This document shows positions 46,312-52,584 of a DNA stretch of 52,584 nt, in pieces. This stretch comes from a virus. Its lineage: Duplodnaviria > Caudoviricetes. The DNA lies in the IMG/VR virus record IMGVR_UViG_3300032046_000034, positions 1-52,584 of that record; one strand, written 5' to 3'. The notes under the pieces are model-generated. The model was not told the DNA's origin, did not search any database, and saw nothing but the letters and a program-made list of their open reading frames with translations. Every line of letters begins with the position of its first letter. Position 1 is the first letter of the stretch. The translations under genes and the position numbers were made by a program.

Positions 46312-46577
46312 GGCCTAGGCCGACAGGGGGAGATCAATCACGCGCAGTTCGACCTTTCCCCGCTTCTCTTCTACGGCAAAATCCAGATCGGGGCCCTCGC
46401 CTTCGAGAAGAATGTTGCCATTCCCATCCCTCCTGTATAAGACGACGGTGCCCGCCTCTTCATCGGAGGCTGGGCTATCATCCGAGACATCGACGCCATC
46501 CAAAAACAACTGATAGCACTTACCTGGAGGTGCAGGCCAATTCTCCCCTGTTCGCGTATCGACTCTCATGGTTCCTC

Positions 46578-46997
46578 CTATATCCGATACGTCAGCGACA
46601 GTGTAATGTCGGCGATCCTGAAGTTCCGCCCGCCGACCTCAGCGTAATCGAACTCCTCTATCATCTCGCCCTGGACGATCCACCCCGTCGCGCTGAGGTT
46701 GAGGTTCGCCTTGAGATCATCCTCAGTGTCATAGACAATCTCATCGATGGCGATCTCGGTCTCATCCCGTGGCTCTGCCGTCGCGTCAAGGTAGATGCGA
46801 ATCGTCACGTCCCGGCGCCGCAGGAATGTGCTCATCGTCAGAAGACCGGCGGCGCCCCTGGCTAGGAAGATGGCTGCGGCCGGCGTCTCCGGCGGCCCGG
46901 CTGGCAGACCTAGCGTGACCCCGCCGCTGAAGCGCCCGCTGGCGGCGAGCTGCGATTCGATGAGGCGCAGGGCGGCGGTGATGTAAACGTCAGTCAT
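46578..46997 (-). CDS. Tail terminator-like protein
   Basis: Position and size; C-terminal FRIADITL. Confidence 0.6.
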   Translation of the reverse strand: MTDVYITAALRLIESQLAASGRFSGGVTLGLPAGPPETPAAAIFLARGAAGLLTMSTFLRRRDVTIRIYLDATAEPRDETEIAIDEIVYDTEDDLKANLNLSATGWIVQGEMIEEFDYAEVGGRNFRIADITLSLTYRI

Positions 46998-47350
46998 CCG
47001 CCCAGTTCCCCTACGATGCGCTTCGCTGTCGCCCTGAGAATCCTGGGTGCCATTGCCTTGATAATGCCCATGTTCTTCTTCGCCCAGCTAGAGCCGGTCC
47101 TGCGCGGGTTGTGGAAGCGGCTCTGCACGTGCTCGAAATGCAGGTTGACGGCATCGGTTCCGCCAGCCTCCATTCGGGTCTTCACGGGGTTCCGCATCAT
47201 GCCCAGCTTCTTCGCTGGCGGTTTGCGGCTCAGGCGTTCGTCGACCTTCTTCATGCACTCATCGATCATGGCCTGCTTGACCACGGCGTTGATCTTCTTG
47301 GTGAAGAGCGGGCCCCGCACGGTCACGTGGACGGCCATCGGCTGTGTCAC
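46994..47350 (-). CDS. Neck / tail-completion protein
   Basis: Basic protein between the adaptor and terminator genes. Confidence 0.5.
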   Translation of the reverse strand: MTQPMAVHVTVRGPLFTKKINAVVKQAMIDECMKKVDERLSRKPPAKKLGMMRNPVKTRMEAGGTDAVNLHFEHVQSRFHNPRRTGSSWAKKNMGIIKAMAPRILRATAKRIVGELGG

Positions 47351-48396
47351 AGGCTCACCTTGCCGTATTTCTCAATCAGGGCCCGCTTCATCGCCCACAG
47401 GCCGAACATCTTGGTCTCGACGGCGCCGCCCTCGGTGTTGGGCACCACGCCCGTCCAGCCCGAGCGCCCCTGCTGGTGGTGGGCGATGGCGTGGGCCCGG
47501 CAATACTCCATGATGTCCGCGGGCGGGGCGTACTTCTTGATGGCGGCTGCGGAATCATGGGCCGCCGCTGTCGTTCCGTTGACCGCTCGTACCACCGTCA
47601 GGGTCCGAGGCGCATACACCTTACTGGTTATCACGTGAGCCGCCAGAATCGAGCCGTCGTAGGCCCGCTGCACGGCCAGGTTGTTGCCGCTGATGGACTC
47701 TACCAGCATCCGCTCGGAGTCCACGGTGATGACCTCACCCGCCTTGATCAGCGTGCCGGTATTCACCCCTACCGTCGTCTCAGCCTTGTTCGCTGTCAGG
47801 GCAACCGTAGTGGCCGTCGTATCGAGCAGCGTCTTCCCCGAGACGAACATGGCCTCAGTCCCGATGAGGATGGTGTCGCCGACGCCGATGAGCGAGCTGT
47901 CCGTCACGTCTAGGGCCGTCTCGCTGCCATCGTCGGCCTCAGCCAGGGCACCCGCCGCCTTCGTGTCCTCGCCGTAGCCCCACCGTCCGGTCACCGCGAT
48001 GGACCGCTGTGCGGTGTCGCCCGACTCGAAGGCGGCGCTTGACGACTGATCGATCTCGATCCGGGTGTACGGTGGACCGCTGTTGACGGGCTCCTTGAAG
48101 TAGTCCGTGTCAGCGATGGTGATGGGTACAGCATCAAGCGCCGCCGCCTGTAGCAGCGTGACGGCGATCAGGTCCAGGTCATCGAGTTGCAGGATGTAGC
48201 CGCCGCCAACCCTGGGTGGCCAACGAAAGTATTTGATGCCTGTCTCCGGGATGAACCGGCGCCCAAGGACCGCCTCTATATCCTCCGACGCCGCCTCGAT
48301 GTAGGAGGCGAAGAGAGCGTCAAGGTCTGCCCCGGCGAGGCTCACCGCAGCCTTCACACCTTCGACCGTGCAGTACCACCGCGTGGCGTTGGACAC
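47347..48396 (-). CDS. Head-tail adaptor with inserted beta repeats
   Basis: YCTVEGVKA..IEAAS..IE...GRRF, VTGRWGY; two internal repeats ending V.R..(D/N)G(S/T)..AAH. Confidence 0.75.
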   Translation of the reverse strand: MSNATRWYCTVEGVKAAVSLAGADLDALFASYIEAASEDIEAVLGRRFIPETGIKYFRWPPRVGGGYILQLDDLDLIAVTLLQAAALDAVPITIADTDYFKEPVNSGPPYTRIEIDQSSSAAFESGDTAQRSIAVTGRWGYGEDTKAAGALAEADDGSETALDVTDSSLIGVGDTILIGTEAMFVSGKTLLDTTATTVALTANKAETTVGVNTGTLIKAGEVITVDSERMLVESISGNNLAVQRAYDGSILAAHVITSKVYAPRTLTVVRAVNGTTAAAHDSAAAIKKYAPPADIMEYCRAHAIAHHQQGRSGWTGVVPNTEGGAVETKMFGLWAMKRALIEKYGKVSL

Positions 48397-50691
48397 TTAG
48401 CCGCCTCTCCCTTTCCTCATGATTGGGCCACCCCAGGTGAAGTGGCCCATCTTGCAATTGCGAACCCCGTCATCTCGCACGTCCAGCGGCGTGCCGCAAA
48501 GAGGGCAGCCTTCGGGCGGCTTGCCGCGCTCCTCGCGATCAATCTCGCGGGCCTCTTCGATGATCGTCCCGTAGCCGCCCCAATCGCGCATCACGCCAGC
48601 CCTACCATTCCAAGCATCTTAGTGTAGAGTTCCGCTACTTCAGCCGCCGTAGTCAGACATCAGGCCAGCCCCTTATCTGTTGGTTTGTGGTCGTTGTTGG
48701 GTGGCATCTGCCGGACAATATGAAGGCCAGTGTGGGCACCTTCAAGGCTGATGCCCACAACCGGCACCACAGGCTCGCGTTCATCGCAGGCCACCATCAT
48801 CATCTGGAAGGTCGCGCCCACGATGCCCTGAGCGATCTGACCGAAGCCCTCAAGCCAGCAACGCTGCGCCGCCGCCTTGTCATAAATGATCAACGGCGCC
48901 TCGGCGACGCAGCGTTGTCCTTCCATAATCCTGAGTAGATAGACCTTCGGTTCGGGCATTCGACTCTTACGGCGCTAGGTCAACTTCCTCCCAGATGTAC
49001 TCGCACCACATACCGCTCGCACCCGAGGCCGCAGACGTCTGGATCGACAGATTGCTACCCGGCATCAGTTCAAGGGCACCGTTGAACCAGCGGCCCAATG
49101 GAACCATGTGCGGCAGCAGGTTTACGGCTCCTGTTAGACCAGCCCCCAATAAGCCGACAGCAACTGGGGCCTCGGGAAGGGTGGCCGCAAGGAGTGGGAT
49201 TATCTGGTTGCCATGTGCTAGGAGGCTACCAAGCCTAGTCCGGCGGTGAGCCGTAGTCAACGTCCCCGTCGTCGCCGCTGCCTGTACATTTGTTCCGACA
49301 GCCACGAAAATGGCGGCCACGGCGGCGAAGACGACGGTGAAGGTACAGCCGACATACCATATTCGGCCCTTGACACCGCTCCCCAGCGGGTTATACAGAG
49401 TCAGAACCGGCGTCGTAGCCGAGAGACCAGCCTGTGATGTCACACCCGCTTGGTTACAGACGGTATACGCCCGGCCCTCACCGACAGCCCTCTGAAAATC
49501 CAGAAGTTCCGTCTCCACGACATGCGGTCCGATCATTCCCTTGGTCTTCATTTACCTTGTCCTCTCTCCCGCCATCTCTTTTCAGGCGGGACTAGAAGCC
49601 TGGGGTTACTTTCTCCAAGATGGCACCAAGTAGCCCCTGAATAGCTTTGAGTTCCCGAACCTCTGGGCTCTCACCAATGACCCACTCCCGGCCATTCCAG
49701 TGCCAGACTTCATTCGTATCGGTGGCTAGAAAACTGGAACCGGGGGGAAGGTCCTTATCCAGTACCGTGTACCCGTCAGGATTGACCTGACCCGGGACCG
49801 GCTTCGCATCCGTCGATATGCCGATATACCGCTTGATCGTGGCTTCGAGTCTGACCGTCAAGGTTCACCTTCCAGTCTGGGGCCACGGGAGCGGGCCAGG
49901 AGGTGAAGGAGGCCCGCCCCCGCTCCCCTTATGGTCCGCTAGGCTGCGACCACGTAGGCGTCGTCGTCGAGCGGGATGTAGAAGATGGTCCACTCGATAA
50001 CGACCGTCGCCGAAGGCGTGCTCGCCGTGAGCTTGATGGCGTTCGCCGTCGCCTTACGACCCAGGACAACCGGGTTGATTCCGAAAGTCAGGCCGTGCGC
50101 CACGTCAATGACCGGCGCGTTAGCGGTGCCGCACAGGATCACGGCGCAGTCGCCCGTCAAGATGTACATCGTGCCGATAGCATCTCCCGTGACGGTCGTG
50201 TCCGCGCACAGGTCAACGCTGTTCGTCAACTCCGTCAGCTTGATGATGGTGGCGCCGCTCGCCTCGGCGGTGGTCACCTGCCCGATCAATGCGGTGATCA
50301 TCACTCTGCCGTAGGTCGTGAAGATGTTGGCGGTTGCGGACGCAGCGAGAGACTTCTGGGCCTTCAGACCCAGCGCGAGCTCCCGAAGCGCCCGGCCCTT
50401 TGTCAATCGACTCATGGTTTACGCTTTCCTTCCTGCCCGTCGTGCGGGCGGCTGACCCTCCGATACGGCTTCAACCTCTGCGGGCCCGGGGGCTGGGCTT
50501 AACCCAGCCCCCGACTCCACTTCGGGTTCTGATTCTGGCTCCGGCGTCGGAGGTGCCGCCGCAGCTATCTCAGCCTCTACGCACTCCCGAGCGGTGGCTA
50601 GGTGGCCAAAGATCGGGTGCTCGTAGTGGTAACGCGAGCGGAGGATGGACTCCGCTCGCGTAATCTCAGCTAGCGCAATCTCTAGGCTCAT
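48397..50691 (-). other. Six head-associated hypothetical ORFs (48397-48594, 48660-48959, 48967-49551, 49592-49861, 49939-50415, 50419-50691)
   Basis: Tightly packed between capsid and adaptor; two are beta-rich and virion-like. Confidence 0.6.
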
Positions 50692-51209
50692 GCGTTAGCC
50701 ACTCCCGGCCGCAGCGGGTTCGGCATGTTGGCCGGCGTCCGCTGGACCAACAGGTCATGCAGGATATACAGCGCGGCGCAGACCTTTGCGTCGGTCCCGT
50801 TCTGCGCGTGGTTCACGCTGATCCAGCTATAACCGTCCGTAAGCTGGGCCGCGTCGACCTCAATGACCTAGATGTTCTGCTTCTCAGCCTCGCCAGCGAC
50901 AGCCGTCATGATGGCAGCCGCCGTCTGTGTGGTCTTCGTCCAGGCTTCGTCTCCATCCAGGAGGGTCTCGGACTTGCGATAGATGGTGTCGATGACCGCT
51001 AGGTCCGCTGACGTTCCGCCCGCGTAGGCGGTGTGCTGTTGGAGCGAGGGCACGGGGTCATCAGTCGTGCCGACGGCAGTCATGAAGAGCACAATCGTGC
51101 AGCCCGCGTAGTTCTTCAAGCACACGCGCTTTCCAGTGTTCGTGGCCCCGTTCAGGGCGACCGGCACCCAAGCGCAGCTAATGTCAAACAATCGTCCCAG
51201 TGCATCCAT
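50688..51209 (-). pseudogene. Capsid decoration-like gene interrupted by an in-frame TAG
   Basis: ...EKQNI*VIEVDAAQLTDGYSWISV...LYILHDL..QR.PAN; frame ends at a TGA overlapping the next ATG. Confidence 0.75.
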
Positions 51210-51295
51210 GTTCCTTTTGCCTCCTCCGCAGGGGGTTTATTGCCTGCGGTGAATGGCCCCCAAGGGGGTGTTAATGCCGCTCGGGGGCTGGCCTG

Positions 51296-52584
51296 CTATG
51301 CCCGTGCCGCCAGGGCGACGTAGGGGCTCAGCGTCGAGCCGTAGACTGGGGTCAGAGCGGACTGCACCCAAGGGCGTCCGTCCACGCGCTCCACGGGCTT
51401 CAGAGCCGTCTGGTCGCTGGTGAAGTAGGCGTGCTCCGAGGTTGAGATCTCGATGGACTGCCGGTCGCCGATAAGGTAGTACCCCAGATCGAAGAAGCCG
51501 ATGTCCCCCTGGTCACCTAGGGTCGGCACCTTCTCGGTGAAGATCAGGGGCCGGGAGAGCATCGTCATCAACGGCCCGTTGCGGATGTCGACAAGCGCCA
51601 CCGGGGCGCCGCCCACGCCGACGGAGATGGAAAGCGTCATCAACTCCTTGAAGGTGTTGATGTTCGCAATCCAGACCCCCCTGCCCAGCGAGCCGGGCAG
51701 CATCCGGGAGAACATATTGAGGATGTTCTCGACGACGATGCTGTCGGCGGGCTGGTCGGTCTCCTTGTCGACCGCTATGAGGGCCTCCGACTCCAGGACG
51801 CCCTTCGGCTGACCAGCGCCGTTGCCAGTGAGGAACGCTAGGTCCTCGAAGAAGGCGAGGCCCTTCGGAAGCGCCTGCATCAGCCAGCTCGACAGGGCTG
51901 CGGCGTCGTTCCACAACTCGTTCGGAACGGCAGCCAGGCCCATGAGCTTGTTGGCGTCCAGTTTGACGCGACCGAACTTGGCCTGGGTGATGGTCGGGGT
52001 GGCGCCCTCCTCCGTCCAGTAGAAGACCATCCCGCCTAGCACAGAGCCAGAGTTCGTCGTGGAATCGATGAACGGTATGGACTGAGTCGGCGTGGTCATC
52101 GTGATGACCGTCGCCCGCGGGCGGACGATGGACTCCTCAAGGGCGAGCTGCATGATCTCGGAGCGCATGGTCTCAGGGATCAGGTAGCCGCCGGCACTCG
52201 GGTCGACCGAGCTGTAGGCGGCCTGAACCTTGCGGATCTCAGGCAGGCGATTGTCGGGGAATGGGTTATTGTGCCAGATAGCCTTGGTGAAGTCACCAAG
52301 GCTGGCGAACCCGACATCTTCCATCCTCACGCCGGGAGCCAGGGGGTTGTAGCAAGCATTGACCTTGGCACCCGTGCAGGGCTGGGGGTGTTCTGGCGGT
52401 CCCAGGTTCGGCCGGTTGACGCCGCGCTCCTTCAGGTAGGCGTCCAGGGTGTCTCTGGTTGCCTTGGCCGCCCGCTCCTCGATGGCGCCGGCACCAGCCA
52501 TTCCAGCGGTGACGGCCTCCATCACCATGTCGCGCAGCGGGCCACGCTCATCTGTCAGCTTCGCGTGGGCAGCGACAATTTCCT
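51296..52584 (-). CDS. Major capsid protein (HK97 fold), 3' part
   Basis: GGYLIPE, WTEEG, FLTGNG.GQPKG, Y.IGDR, ERVDG, SPYVAL. Confidence 0.95.
   Translation of the reverse strand, partial: EIVAAHAKLTDERGPLRDMVMEAVTAGMAGAGAIEERAAKATRDTLDAYLKERGVNRPNLGPPEHPQPCTGAKVNACYNPLAPGVRMEDVGFASLGDFTKAIWHNNPFPDNRLPEIRKVQAAYSSVDPSAGGYLIPETMRSEIMQLALEESIVRPRATVITMTTPTQSIPFIDSTTNSGSVLGGMVFYWTEEGATPTITQAKFGRVKLDANKLMGLAAVPNELWNDAAALSSWLMQALPKGLAFFEDLAFLTGNGAGQPKGVLESEALIAVDKETDQPADSIVVENILNMFSRMLPGSLGRGVWIANINTFKELMTLSISVGVGGAPVALVDIRNGPLMTMLSRPLIFTEKVPTLGDQGDIGFFDLGYYLIGDRQSIEISTSEHAYFTSDQTALKPVERVDGRPWVQSALTPVYGSTLSPYVALAARA

Noticed and set aside
50868-50870. Genome-wide stop-codon reassignment (TAG/TAA)
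   Set aside because: Portal, capsid, integrase and TMP end cleanly at TAG or TAA, long genes have no internal stops, and no suppressor tRNA is visible.
1-52584. tRNA/rRNA genes and a tRNA-derived attP core
   Set aside because: No cloverleaf or tRNA 3'-end motif recognised by eye; tRNAscan-SE or ARAGORN would be needed to exclude them.

Overview
The window is an apparently complete, circularly assembled genome (~52.46 kb; bases 1-125 repeat exactly at 52460-52584) of a high-GC temperate siphovirus with an HK97-type head. Almost all genes lie on the minus strand. The modules are packaging (three HNH genes, terS, terL, portal, ClpP-type protease, major capsid across the contig junction), head-tail and tail genes with an embedded methyltransferase/glycosyltransferase cassette, lysis, a plus-strand XRE repressor plus tyrosine integrase, and a long early arm (DNA methyltransferase, Gp3-like recombination protein, radical SAM, Hjc-like resolvase, replication initiator). 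The stand-out element is a compact candidate RNA-guided system at 9397-10972: a solitary Cas7/RAMP-like gene, an accessory gene, and a ~430-nt non-coding array of GGY-NN pentamers split into five units. Read as a gapped NNx code, one unit spells an HK97 capsid motif related to, but different from, this phage's own, which suggests anti-competitor-phage guides. Other oddities are duplicated relics of the terL end and portal start, an antisense LAGLIDADG gene between duplicated endolysin 5' ends, a dual-coded transglycosylase region, non-canonical start codons, an in-frame TAG, a G7 frameshift and several structured intergenic RNAs. All family calls come from motif recognition by eye; no database searches were run.
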